Notes under the pieces: generated by a model
What the model was told of the DNA's origin: nothing
What the model saw: only the letters and a program-made list of their open reading frames with translations
The model's database searches: none
Shown here: positions 24,820 through 38,700 of the stretch, piece by piece
Layout: each line of letters opens with the position of its first letter
Numbering within the stretch: the stretch's first letter is position 1
Translations under genes and position numbers: made by a program
Assembly (NCBI RefSeq): GCF_006345805.1
Contig: NC_043008.1
Span: forward strand, 32,364,001 to 32,428,000
Length of the DNA: 64,000 bases
From: Octopus sinensis
Taxonomy: Eukaryota
Reading direction: 5' to 3'

Positions 24820-25331
24820 TTCTGGTTTAAGCACCCCATATTAAACCCCTTATAACTTTTATATTTGGAATTTCCAGAAATTTTTTTTTGCGTATTTGTA
24901 TTTTACTCACGGGAATTCATACTATTTTGCAAACAAGTTTTTTGTGTGTGATTTAAGGGCGATGTAGATGTTATTTTTAGTACATCTCACGACCACTTGA
25001 TACGTTCCTCGTTTCTTTGTCACTGACAGGTATTGATATTTTCAATATTTTTCTTCCCATAAACACATTTAATGGAATGATGATGCACCTATGTATGATC
25101 CATTCATGGGATTTAAGCAAAAGGTTCGGACTGTCCGCCGTATTCTAAACTCTGATTTTCAAAAAATTCGAAAAAGAGTGAAACTTTTAGGATTTATGGG
25201 GTGGAGGTTAAAATATTAGAAGAATTATATTTTTTTATTAATCGTTTCACATGCGCTAAAAGTTTCTGAAAATTAAAAAAAAATTCAAAAGCTATGAGGG
25301 GCTATATGGGGTGGTTAAACTAGAATACTGT
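24820..25331. mobile_element. Old DNA-transposon remnant with degenerate long TIRs
   Basis: TTCTGGTTTAAGCACCCCATATTAAACCCCT at the left versus GAGGGGCTATATGGGGTGGTTAAACTAGAA at the right. Confidence 0.5.
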
Positions 25332-25909
25332 ATGGAGTTTGTTTGAAAGGAAGTTATTACATAGTACTGTTTTCCTTGAAAGCGGCAACATTGACATGAG
25401 ATTAGCCGGCAAAAGTCAGCACGACTCTTATTAGGTTTGAGATGACCCGGACGTGAAATAAGACACTGGTTCAGTGTGTCACGAATTAGGATATCTAACT
25501 CGTGACCTCATTGGCTTCAAATCGATTTGGCATAGAGTAGGCATACTGCGCCGAACGAATCGACGAACTCCCTAATAAAAATTGACTTTTTGTTGTTTCT
25601 GAGTGCGTATTATATTTGTAAACAAATTTATGAACCAGATTATATCAGTGAGAGAGAGAGAAGCAGATTTATTAAAGAAATCAAGTTTTAATGAATGAAT
25701 ATTCTGCATTTATTACATAGAACATAAGAACACGAGTGCTGCCGATATGTCGCTCACTCATCTAGCATGCCTTAATGCTTCTGCGCGCGCGTATATATAT
25801 ATCTGTATAATCGGCAGAAGTTATAGTGACTCAAGAGCCAGCAGTTTCGTCTTTGGCCCTTATCAAGAATTTGATTAATATTCCAGTGTACGTAAGTGCC
25901 GGCCCCGAA

Positions 25910-26119
25910 GGCGGCAAACTGGCAGAATCGTTAGCACGCCGGGCGAAATGCTTAGAGGTAGTTCGTTCGTCTTTACGTTCTGAGTCCAATTTCCGCCGAG
26001 TCCGACTTTACCTTTTATCCTTTCGGGGTAGATAAAACAAGTACCTGTTGAACAGTGGAGTCGATGTAATTGCCTAACTCCCTCTCTCGAATTTGCTGGC
26101 CTTGTACCAAAATTTGAAA
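25910..26119 (+). mobile_element. SINE family A copy (others at ~11706-11890 -, 37842-38054 +, 43175-43388 +, 47600-47805 +, 56090-56297 +, 57855-58045 -)
   Basis: Same head and central domain as 2925-3312. Confidence 0.85.
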
Positions 26120-27464
26120 CCATTATCATTAGACAAATTTTCGGTATTTGAACAGGTTTACATTAATTTGAAAATCAGCTGTTTTATCTGTGTCCGGCAA
26201 TTTACGATTAAAAGATTCTCTTTTAACATTACAGACGCACGCGCGGAGCTGTTGCGAATAAATAGGATTTTTTTTTTTCATTTTATAATATCCAACAATC
26301 CAAATCACAAGTATTTCATACAATATATATTTTTTTTAATATCCGTTTTCATTTTCCAAACTTCTCCCTGCCCCCATCGTGCCACCGAAATAGCTATCAC
26401 GAGTTTATTTCCCGGTATTATTATTCTTTTCTTTTGATATTTTAAATATTTTTATTGCACATTCTAGAAACACTTATAATTCACATTTTTAATAAAAGTG
26501 TTGTACATCTTTTTAAAATTTCTTAACCCGATCCCTTATGCGTCACAAAAATTAATGAATATCAGGCTTACACAGTATCTCTTAAAAATGATAATTTCAA
26601 TTGTCTGAAATATCAAAAAACAAACAAAAACAAACATGTCTTGCTTTCTCATTTCTTTATCATAGCAACAGTTTGTTGCACAAAAGGGGCATTTTTCTGT
26701 TATTTTCTCTACGTATTCTAACTGACGGCACCTCTTTTTTTTCTGTAACTTTTCAGTTTCGATTTTCTTTGAAAATTTTTTCAGATTAAAAAAAAGAAGA
26801 AAATGCCTAAATTCTAATGGCATAAATCGGATCTTTACCTTTTGAAGAAAGTCGAAACTAGAAAAATTACAAAAAAAGTATGACAAGCAGTAACCCCCAC
26901 CTCCCCTGAAAAAAAAAAAAAAAAACAGTTACGAAGTCGTAAGCTTCAATGCTTAAATGATACACAGTATATACATACATGTACCAATTCACTCAAAATA
27001 TTGAAGAGTTCAAACTTATATTCGAAGGCACTTCTTCAAAATCCCAGAGTAGAACTGAATTCTAAACCAGATGATCGCAAAGCGATCTTACCTAAAGTTA
27101 CGTTTTCTCTTTTATTTACATTTTGCTGTACGTTTTTGTGAACATAGTTGGTTTTAAACTCTAACGAACCATCTACAACATTTACGATAACGAGAAGGGC
27201 ATAGTATCCCTGCAACTACGGCGGAATATATTACTGTAAGGGATTATTGTTAACACGCACCGGCTTCTCGGCAATATATTTTTATTCACTTGTGTGTACA
27301 TTCTCGACACACGCGTGATGACCTAGTTTCACTCGAGACATCAGTCAACCTGAGGTTACCGTAGAGGATATTTGCTCAAGTAATTGCTGTGGGGTCGAAC
27401 CATTAAGTTGTCTTCTTAAATATATAGCCATGGTCTGGTTTGGGGGCCGGGGAGAATTGTTCTC

Positions 27465-27689
27465 GGTACTATTTAAGAAGAGTAGTCCCGGTGCGCGCAC
27501 TCGCTACTCGCGCATCCGCGCTTGCTAGTCGTGACTAGTCGATCCTACAAAATAAAAAAAAAAAACACAAAGTAAATGTTTAAACAGTAAATAAAACACA
27601 AAGATAAGGATCGACTAGTCACGACTAGCTAGCGCGGATGCGCGAGTACGCGAGTGCGCGCACTGGGACCACTCTACTTAAATAGTACC
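27465..27689. mobile_element. 225-bp fold-back MITE with 9-bp TSD (Mutator-like)
   Basis: 82/83-bp TIRs (27465-27546 and 27607-27689; 4 substitutions and 1 indel) around an A-rich spacer. Perfect TSD ATTGTTCTC at 27456-27464 and 27690-27698. Confidence 0.9.
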
Positions 27690-30600
27690 ATTGTTCTCCA
27701 ACTACTGTTTAAAATGATCTCGTTTTATATCATCCTTATTTGTACTCATATATTAGACAGATGATTGTGTAATATATTTTACGTGTGTATGTGTATATCG
27801 ACGTTTGTGTATGTTCGTTTGTCTATCTACGTACGTATGTGTGTGTATGTATAATGTTTTGTATTTGGCCTTTTATACAATATGCAGGCACAATTACATC
27901 TGCCTTAATGTGAAAAAATATTTCAGTTCAATCAATAAATAGATCGATAAAATAGGCAGCAGACGGAAAACAGTTAATATGAATATTTTCTTTCTTTTGT
28001 ATATATCTTTTTTCAGTCTTTTGACTGCTGCTATGTTGGAGTACTGGCTTGAAGGTCTAGTCCAGTCAAGGGCAAAACGGCCCGTGGGACTTTCTGAATG
28101 GCACGCCTAAACATTAACCTTGAATCTTTTTAGTAGTGCGGCCTGCCATGTCTCATGTGGCTTGCTTCTTGAAAAAGATTGTCCATGCTTGATTTAGTTG
28201 AGCAAATTGACCTCAGTGCTTTTTTTTTTTTTTAAAGTCTGGTTTTGTTGACCCTCTAAGCTACATGGAATTAAACAAACCAGCACCTGTTGTCAAGCGA
28301 TGTGTGTGTGTTGACACAGGCACAGATACATGCTTCTGTACAGTTTCCAACAAAGCATTGAATGGCCTGTAGCCATAGTAGAAGATACATGCTCAAGGTG
28401 CTGCACAGTTGGGGTTGAACCTGACCGAAACCATTTGCTTGCAGTGCAAGCTTCTTAACTGCACGTTGATGCCTGGAAATTATACTTTGTCCTTTTAGTT
28501 TCATGACTGTTGCCAAGTTCGTAACTACATAATGATGGGTTCGATCTCTGCTGTATAGTAATTGGGACATATTTCTTGTAATAGGACTTGACTAATAGCT
28601 TCCAAGTGTGTGTGTGTGAAGGTATTTAGCCTAGTGCTTAGGGTGTTGCACTCATGACTGTGAGATCATGGGCTCAATTCCCAAACCAGTAGTGTGTGCT
28701 GATGTTGAGTAAAACACTTCATTTGACATTGCTTCAGTCCACTCAGATGTAAATGAGTGACCCTTTGACTGACCAGTATCTTGTTCAGAGGTAATGTAAA
28801 CCTGACCGCCTAGCCAGTAGAGTAGCATCATTTGAAGGCTACAACAGTGAGAAAGTGTATTGTGGATAGCGTTGTATAACCACATGTGATAGTCTGGTTG
28901 ATGCAGTGGTAGGCATGGCTTTGTGATTAGGAAGCTTGCATCTCAACCACATAGTTTTGAGTTCAGTCCCACTGTGTGGCACCTTCCTATAGCCTCAGGC
29001 CAACCAAATTCTTTTGGGTGAATATATATATATGTGTGTGGACATGGTTTTGTGGTTAAGAAGCTTGCTTCCCAACCATATGGTCTTTGGTTCAATCTCA
29101 CTGTACAGTACCTTGGGCAAGTGTCTTTTGCTATAGTCTCAGGCTGACTGATGTGTGTCTTTGTGTCTGTTTGTTTCTCTCCCCGGCCTCATCTGACAGC
29201 CAGTGTTGGAGTGGTTACATCCCTGTAACTTATCAGTTTGGTGAAAGAGACTGTTAGACGAAGTACAAAGCTTATAATTAAATAAATAAATCCTGGAGTG
29301 AGTTTGTTCAGCTAAAGTCCTTTACAGCATGACTGCAATCTAATGCCAGAAACAAGTGAAAGTTGAAGGATGTGTATACACACACACGCACACACACCAT
29401 CATCATTTTGGTTCTTCTTTCCATGCTTGCATGGTGGATCATTACATGTTTTATTTAGGGTTACCACTCTCTTAGGTCAAGAATCACTTTTCATTTGTAC
29501 ATTCTATCTGGATGCCCATTGAATACCAGCTACTTTGCAGGGCTTACTATGTATTTTATCATGGTAAAAGACTTGTGGTTGTCATGTTCTGTCAGACTAA
29601 AGAATCCTCATGACCTTTATATTGCCTCCATTCCTTTGCCAACCACTTTACAGAGTTTATTGCATGCATTTTATCATGATGCCACCACTAGAGAAGTTGC
29701 CTTGTCTCTGGAAAGACTAAAGAGTTGTTGCTATTGTGTTTCTGTTTGTCCGAGTCAGATTTGATTGAGTTAGTGGACAGAAGAGAAGGAGCAATGATAG
29801 AGCTAATTTGAGAGTTAGAGAGAGAGAGAATGAAATGGTGGTTGGGAAGGGAGTAATGGAAGTGATACAGTGATAGGTAGTTACATATTGGTGGTTAAGG
29901 AAATTGAATAGGAAAACATTACAAATATTATGATACAGAGGAGACATTGATGGAAGGAGTAACATAATTGAGTGAGTGATTTATCAACAAAGAGTGTGTG
30001 TGTGTGTCTATACATCATCATTGTTTTAATGTACACTTTTCCATGCTTGCATGAGCCAAGTAAAAGTACACTGGAGCATTAGGAACAAGCGAAACCAATG
30101 AGCCCTTGTTTACTAAGATTGTGCAACATGTCAAGGTGGCTAGACATGCTTTTGTCGTGGCCTACAAGCAATTGGCACATTCAGCAAATTATTGTTTACA
30201 AACCAGTGAATACTAGAGAATGACACACACACGCACACACAGAACAGGTTTCTTTTAGTTTTTGTTTACTTAATCCACTCACAATATTTTGGTTTGCCTA
30301 GGGCTGTTATAGATGGCATTTGCCCAAAGTCTCTTCAGTGAGACTGAACTTGAAACCAAGTGGTTCAGAGAACACTTCTTTACCACACAGCCATGCAATA
30401 TTTTTGTTGGTTGGTTTCCCACTTTCTGAGAAAGGTGAGAGAGAGAGAGAGTCTAAGAAGTGATGGATTAGAAACATGGGAAATTAACAGGGTGGGGAGT
30501 GAGACAGTTGGTTATGAAAAAAAAAAAGAATCCAGTTAAATATAGGGAGAGATTGGAAAAAAAGTAAGGGAAGAAGAGATAGCATGAGGAAGGAAGGAAA

Positions 30601-30874
30601 GGTGGGAAGAAGGTAGATAAAGCTCTGCCCTAGAGAGCAGTTCCTATATATAGTGATACTATAACAGAGGTATAAAGTGTAAGCAAATGGGAGAGAGAGA
30701 GAGAGAATGGTGGAAAGTGATTGGGAGATGTTGAAAAATGATGAGGTAGAGGTTTTGAGAGAATCTGATTGAGAGAAAAAAAGATGGAAAAAAGATAAAC
30801 TAGAGAGCGGTAAAAATAAAGGGTAACTGAAAGAACATAATGAAACAAGAAAATAACTGAAAGCAGTCCTCTGT

Positions 30875-30882
30875 GTGTGCAT

Positions 30883-30917
<35 letters not shown>

Positions 30918-30918
30918 C

Positions 30919-31000
<82 letters not shown>

Positions 31001-31098
31001 TTTATATATACATGCACATATACATATATATATACATGTACATATATATATATATATTATATATATACACATGCACATATACATATATATATACATGT

Positions 31099-31129
<31 letters not shown>

Positions 31130-31215
31130 CACGTATACATATATATACACACGCACATATATATGTGCATACATATATATATATACATGCACTTATATAT
31201 ATATTCATATATAAT

Positions 31216-31274
<59 letters not shown>

Positions 31275-31320
31275 TGCATATACACACACACACACACTCT
31301 CTTTCTCACACACACATGTA
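30875..31320. repeat. Long compound (TA)n/(CA)n microsatellite
   Basis: Seen directly in the sequence; it explains the overlapping YI/HT ORFs. Confidence 0.95.
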
Positions 31321-32745
31321 CCTTGGTTTCTTCTTAACTCAAATCTCTCCCTTCATTCAGACTGATAAGACAGATGAAACTGAAATTGATTGTGAACATC
31401 TGCAATGAAAAAAAAAAACAAAAAAAAAACAGAATTTTAAATTAAAACTGGGAGGTGGAAACAGTTTCTCTGAATGCTTAAGATCAAAGACCTCTGCTGA
31501 AAACTCCATAAGAGCAGGTGGTACATGTGATTAGCAGTAGTAGCACTTGTGTATGTAGTATGCCAAGTAAGCTACACATGAAATGATTATGAATTTAGTT
31601 TATGCCACCTTCTGCTGTATGTCAGGGTGGGGGAGACATGAATGTCAAGTATTCCATTCCTTTTCTTCTGTAAACGTGGCTACATGCTTAATTCAAATGC
31701 AATTAGTAGTTGTAGTAGTAGAAAAAGTTTGACATGACACAAGACAAAAAATTTTGGGGTGAAGTTAGTCAGTGATATTAACCTGCTTCTTGACTTGTGT
31801 TTATTTTATTGATCTCAGGACAATAAAATGGTGAATATTTGAATGTTGAAAATAGTGCTGGAATAAGTACCACAAAATGTTTTAGCTAAATGCTCCAATA
31901 ATTTTTATGTATCTACTAAACATTATAGTAGTTGTAGTTTCTAACATAGTCAAAAATATTTGGGAGGGAAGGGAACAGTCAATTTATACTGACTTCAGTA
32001 ATTCACAGGTTTTTATCAACACTGGAAGAATGAAAGGCAAAGTTGACTTTGGTGAGATTTGAGCTCAATGGAAAGAGCTAGAATAAATACTGCAAGGCAG
32101 TTTGTTTGATTCCAACAATTCTGACAATCCACCACCCATTGTCGGAATAATGTTGAGAAATGCCATACACTAATCCCCTTGTAATCTTTATTGGTCTGGA
32201 ACATTGTATCACTGTACAAAACAAGCAGCAGTTGTGGAGGTGTATTTAGCTGTTTGTATTTTTTCTTGTGTGTACTTGTGGTAGGTTTGTCTGTGCTTTT
32301 GTGTATACAGTCACTCCCCAATTCCCAGATTCATCTACAACACTGTCAATAAATGCAGACATGGCTGTGTGGTAAGGAATTTGCTGTTCTATCACATGGT
32401 TTTGGGTTTAGTCCACTGTACAACACCTTTGGTGTGTTCTTTAACCCTTGACTGTCGGAAGCCTTGTCAGTGGATTTGGTGGCTGGAAGCTAAAAGACAC
32501 CTGTTGTGTCTATGTGCATGTATATATTATGTCTGTGTATTATGGATGTTACTTTCGTACAAGCTGTGTTCTTCATCTCCAATCTTCTGTGAAAACCTGT
32601 TTTTCTTGGAAACAGGTAAAGGGCATCTGGCTGTAGACAATTTGGTTTACCCAGTTCTAATAATAATAAACACAAATTTCCAAATGATGTTACTTTTATT
32701 TAGTCATTGTACAATTATAATTTCAAGACAAAAACAAGATAACAC

Positions 32746-33147
32746 TTATAGTGTATCTTCAAAGTGTTGTCCTTCAGAATCAATACACAACTGGATTCTT
32801 CTCTGGGTGGAGTAGCAGATTTGCCGACACAAGCCGTTATTGTCTAGGGCTACAAATTCTGCAATTTCCCTCAGCTCAGGTATTGTCCGAATATCTTGTA
32901 AGTAGACACGTTTCTTCAGGATACCCCACATTGAGTAATCACAGAGACTCAAGTCCGGCAATTGTGGAGGCCATTCAATGGGTCCTTTCCTGCTGATCCA
33001 CATCTTAAAAGTGTCATCCGAGAAGTCGCGTACATTTCTGCCATAATGAGATAGAGTACCATCATGCACCCAGATGTTGTTGTCTGTGTCAATCTGAGAT
33101 ACAGTGAAATCACGCAGCATGTCTTTATTACCATTAGAAATGGGCAA
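32746..33147 (-). mobile_element. Tc1/mariner-superfamily transposase C-terminal fragment
   Basis: WVHDGTLSH (QQDGAPPH-like), WISRKGPIEWPPQLPDLSLCDYSMWG and RRIQLCIDSEGQHFE motifs. Confidence 0.85.
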
Positions 33148-34234
33148 AGCAACTTATGGCCATTCCTGTATATGTGTAATATATGAATATATATATATTA
33201 CAACATAATAATAGTAGAAGTAAAAGTGCATAATATACAATGTAATAATTACATTTGCATTGTATAATCATCATTGTTTAACGTCCACCTTCCATGCTGG
33301 TATGGGTTGGACAATTTGACAGGAGTTGACCAGACCTTTTTACCTGTTTTTGCAAGGTTTATGTGTAATAATTAAATAATTATCCACTTTGTGTTTTATT
33401 ATGCACATGATCCCTTGGTCCATTGATGAATAGTCTTGAATGAAACTGGTCTGTGGTGCAAAAAAAAAAAAAAAGGTTGGAATCACTGGTTTAAATCATT
33501 TCACTTTACTTAGCCCTGATTTTAGCTTCTTGAAGAATGTAGTTTCTGATAAGTAAAATGGAGGAATGGTCACTGCTGGAATGGCTTTGGTCATTGGTTT
33601 GTTGGGTGAAGGCTGATTTGGCTTTAGGTATTACACTATTTAGTCCATTTACTCTATTAGCCATAAAAGAACTCCATACATGGTTGCTCAATTTGCTAGA
33701 AATAATAGCCCAGTCTTTCTTAAATCATACCTTTATTCTTTTAAAGAAAACACTTTTGATAACATGATACTGTGTTCCCTGCACATAATATAACTTGATG
33801 GTCCAACTGGAGTGTCTTCACCAATATATCTCTATCTAATCAGAATTGACCTCTGGTTAAACCACTTGAACTCCCACCCATACTTCTGTGTACATCTTAG
33901 GTTAATTTTTCCTCTTATCATGATTAAAATAATAATCTTATTTTATTTTCAGTGTTTGTCTAGTTAACGCAGTTTTTCAGATTTCAAATATTTGTGTTTG
34001 TTGTCTGAAGTGTTTATACAGCTGGATTTTACACATTTCTAATGTATATCCATTCTAACTGTGAGGTTGGAGTGGCATCAGCTTCACAGCTGGGGATATG
34101 TTTGTGATTGTGGGGTGCAAGTGGTTTTGGGTTCATACCCACTGCATGTATTTTCTACCATAGCCTCAGACTGACCAAAGTCCTGTGAGTGGATTTGGTA
34201 AAAAGAAACTCAAAAGAAGCCCATCATTTATATA

Positions 34235-35728
34235 TCATCATACGTCCATTTTCCATGCTCGTATGGGTTGGATGGTTTGACTGGAGACAGGTAAACCAGG
34301 ACGCTGCACCAGGCTCCAATCTGATCTAGCAATGTTTCTACAGCTGGACGCCCTTCCTAACGGCAACCACTCCAAGAATGTAGTGGGTGGTTTTTACGTG
34401 CCACTGGCGCAGGGGCCAGTCAGGCAGCACTGGCATCAGCTTTATTTGGATGTTGCTTTTTACATGCTACCAGCACAGGAGCCAGTCAGGGCAGTGGGGC
34501 TGGCATTGACCACATTCGGATGCTACTTTTTACATACCACAGGCACAGGGAGCCAGTCAGGTGTTACTGGTAATGACCCATGCATGCATGGTGCTTGTTG
34601 CATGCCACCAGCATGGGAGGCAGTCAGGTGGGACTGGCAATGACCCATTCATGCATGGTGCTTGTTGCGTGCCATCAGCATGGGAGCCAGTCAGGCGGCA
34701 CTGGCATTGGCCACAACTACAATTTCCATTCGATTGTGATTAGGTTTGATTTTACTTAACTCAATAGGTCTCCTCAAGCACGGAACGTCAATTCAAAGGT
34801 ACTTTTTAAATGGGCTGGTTATGCGACACTGGTGTAGGCTACAACTGTGATCTCACTTTACTTGCCGGGTCTTCTCAATCATAGCATATCTCCAGAGGTC
34901 TTGGTCTTTCGTCATTGCCTCTGTAAGTCCCAATGCTCAAAGGTCATTCTTCACCACCTCATCCCATTTCTTCCTGGGTCTCCCTCTTCCATTGATTTCT
35001 TCCACCGTTAGGGAGGGATACTTCTTCACACAGCTCTTCTCATCCATATGCAGCACATGACCATACCAGCACAGTCATCTCTCTTGCACACGACATCTGA
35101 TGCTTCTTATGTCCAACATTTCCCTCAGGGCACTTTTCATTTCTTTCAAGCCTACACATGTCTTCAGCAGTCACGGTCCATGTTTCACTGCCATGTGGCA
35201 TGGCAGTTCGCACACATGTATCATGCAATCTACCTTTCACTCTGAGTGAGAGGCCCTTTGTCACCAGTAGAGGTAGGAGCTTTCTGAACTTTATTAGGCT
35301 ATTCTTATTCTAGTGACAACTCTGAGCATCCACCCACATTACAAACTCGGTCACCTAGGTAGCGGAAGCTATCAACTACTTCTAGTTTCTTCACCTGGCA
35401 TGTGATGGAATCAGTTTTCTGAGCATCTGCGGTGTTTTTTTACCCCTGTGCATCTGCTGCTCGCAAAAGCTGTCTTCCTGGTTACCCTTTCTTTGATGTT
35501 GCTGAACCTCTTAGGTATCCTTGGCTTACACTGGGTACATCTTATGGAGCTTCTACCTACACCACTTCTACAGACTGAGCAGGGCCATCTACCTGAAGGG
35601 ACTTGTGATGTGCTTGCCTTCCTACTTACTAGGACTTTGGTTTTTGCAACATTGACTGTAAGGCCCTTCGATTCTAAACCTTACTTCCACACCTGAAATT
35701 TCTTCTCTAGTTCTGGTAGTGATTCCGC
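34235..35728 (-). mobile_element. Decayed RTE-clade LINE fragment, same family, opposite strand
   Basis: SLRVKGRLHDTCVRTAMPHGSETW (RTE post-RT motif). The 3'UTR and (CAT)n tail match 58824-59796 in reverse complement. Confidence 0.88.
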
Positions 35729-38700
35729 TGGCCATGTTGGGGCACCACCTTGAAGAATTTCAATCAAACGAATTGACCCCAATACTTATTTTATCAATCT
35801 CTTTTGCTGAATCATTGTTATAGAGACAACAACACTGGTCTGGCTATCAAACAATGGTGGGAGACAAACACATGATGGGCTTCTTTTAGTTTCTGTCTAC
35901 CAAATCTACTCAAAGCTTCGGTCAGCCTGAAACTATTGTAGAAGACACTTGCACAATGTGCCATCCTTTAGGGCTGAGCCCAGAACCATGTGGTTGGAAA
36001 GCAACCATCTTACCACACAGCCATGCCTACCCCTACATATTTGTGTATCTAACTTGATATTGTGTGATAGTTGTGAGTGTTACTGTCAATCGTAAGTGTT
36101 ATTCATTTCCATTATTCTGTGAGAACACGTCTGACCACCAGAAAATATTACCTTGCTTGGAAACTGGTGAGGGCTGCTGACAAGAAGTGCTTCCAGCCAT
36201 AGACAATTTACCTCAATAAACTCTGTCTGACCCATGCAAGTAAGGAAGAATTGACATTAATATGATGATGATTTCTATTGAGTAGACTGCCAACAACTTA
36301 TTGTTTCACAAAGTGTGATATAAAATAAATCATATAAATAAGTCTGAGGTATATTTGGCTGCCAATTGTAGTTGTTAGATCAGCTACATAGAAGTTCCCT
36401 CATTGGTTTGTTTTGGTGGCAGTAGTAGTGTTAATGGCGGTGGAGTTGGTTGCATGCTGAAGTGCACATACACGAAATTTTTCATAAGGGTTGTTGAGAT
36501 AGATGTTCTCATCGTGCTAGTCTATTTCTTATTCAGTTTAGTTTGGTATGATAGTATATATAAATATTTGTGTGTTGATGTCATGTTCAATGAAAGAAAC
36601 CATTGTGTGTTTTAATACATAGAAATAGACAAATTTTTGTGATATAAGAGAGGTGGAGAAATTTTTGTCGGTTGTGTTAAAGTGAGAGTAATTTTTAGAG
36701 TTACATACATAAACACACAAACACACACTTGTATCATCATCATCATCATTGCATGGGTTGGATGGTTTGACTGAGGACTGGCAAGCCAGTAAGCTGCTCC
36801 AGGCTCCCATCAGATCTGGCAAGGTTTCTACAGGTCACACATAAAATGTGTGCTTGTATGAAAGGGGGAGAGAAACTATTATGTGTGTGTGTGTATATAT
36901 ATGCAGCCCCTTATATATATATAAATATGTACTTATTATTTTACTTGTTTCAGTCTGTGGCCATGTTGGAGTACCTCCATGAAGAGGTTTTTTTTTTAGT
37001 CAAACAAATTGCCTCCAGGACTTAGTGGTTCTGCAAAAGAGAATAAGTACCAGGCTTAAGAAATAAGTTACAGTGATGTAAACACACCAGCACTGGTTGC
37101 CAAGTGGTGTGAGAGGACAAGCACAGACACACACATAGATATATATATACGTACACATGCATACATAAATACATACTTGTAAACATACATGCATAAATAC
37201 ATACTTGTAAACATACATGCATACATATGTACATATATAATTTATGTGTACATACACATATGATAGGCTTCTTTCAGTTTCCATCGGCCAAATCCATTCA
37301 CATGGCTTTGGTTGGCCTCAGGCTACAGTAGAAGACAGTTACCCAGAGTGCCTTGTAGTGGGACTGAAACCGGAAACACATGGTTGGGAAGCAAGCTTCT
37401 TACCACATAGCCATCATCATATATAAGTTGTGAAGGAATGAGAAAGCTGGAGAAATATTGATTCCATTAGTCTTTGTGCAGGCAACCTGTCTTGGTGAAC
37501 TGTAACTCTTAAAAACTCTGATTTATATAAAGTATTCTTTAGTCTCACAGACATTCTCTGTAGTGCTAATGGTATAATAAAATGTACCTTGTTTATACTG
37601 TCAAATAGTGTTCACAAGGTATCCGACAATTGAAAAAAAAAAAATTCATTAGCAGTGCAGGCATGGCTGTGGTAAGAAGTTTGGTACATATTGCTGGGTA
37701 CTACTCTCTTGCAAGTGATGGCTATGGTACTATAGTACATGAAGACATTGATCACTAATAATCATTGTCTCATGGAGTGGCTCTGTGTGTTGGAGGTACT
37801 AATAGCTCATGGCAGAAGAACGGTAGTATGAATAGTAGTAAGGCAGCAAGCTGGCAGAAACGTTAGCACACCGGGCGAAATGCTTAGTGGTATTTCATCT
37901 GTCTTTACATTCTGAGTTCAGATTGCACTGAGGTTGACTTTGACTTTCATCCTTTCAGGGTCGATAAATTAAGTACCAGTTGTGTACTAAAGTTGATCTA
38001 ATTGTCTGGCCCCATCCCTAAAAATTTCGGGCCTTGTGCTTAGAGTAGAAAAGAACATGTAATAGTAGCTCACCACAACCTCTTTTAAAATAATCAAATT
38101 TCAATTTTTGGGGGATCTGATTAACTTCTTAATTCTGAAATGAACAGTAAAGAGTTGCTTGGTTTTTATGAATTAGATTAATGATCTTCTTGAAATTTGG
38201 TTAGTTTTGAAAAAACAACATGGTCAAGTTTAGGACCTATTTCACAGTACATTGTCGCTTAATGTTCACCTTCCATGCTGACATGGGTTGGATGGTTTGA
38301 CTGAGAGCTGGCGAGCCAGAAGGCTGCTCCAATCTGATCTGGCACAAAAAGAAAATAAAGAAATCTCCATTAGGTTGCTAAACTTGCTAGAAATTATACC
38401 CTTAAAAAATGTGATTGTCATGACAAAAATACCTAATATTATCCCCCCAAAAATGTGTGAGACACTCTACATTTTTCAGTTTTATTACCTCATTGTAGAG
38501 CAATGATGAGAGAATCACTAAGTAAATAGACAAGTATTGTACACTGGTTGGCATAGCAAAATAGAATTCTTTAGAGAATAAATAATTTATATAATAACAG
38601 TTTTTATGTATTGGCTGATTATCCAATATTCATTAATCAACATACTACCACAACCATTAGCTGATAGATAATGTTGATTCATCTCTTTGGTTTGGCAACC

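Noticed and set aside
30484-31408. Long overlapping ORFs rich in YI/HT/VC (also at 813, 4016-4470, 5475-5942, 10791, 15539, 37000)
   Set aside because: They are translations of dinucleotide or tetranucleotide microsatellites, not genes.
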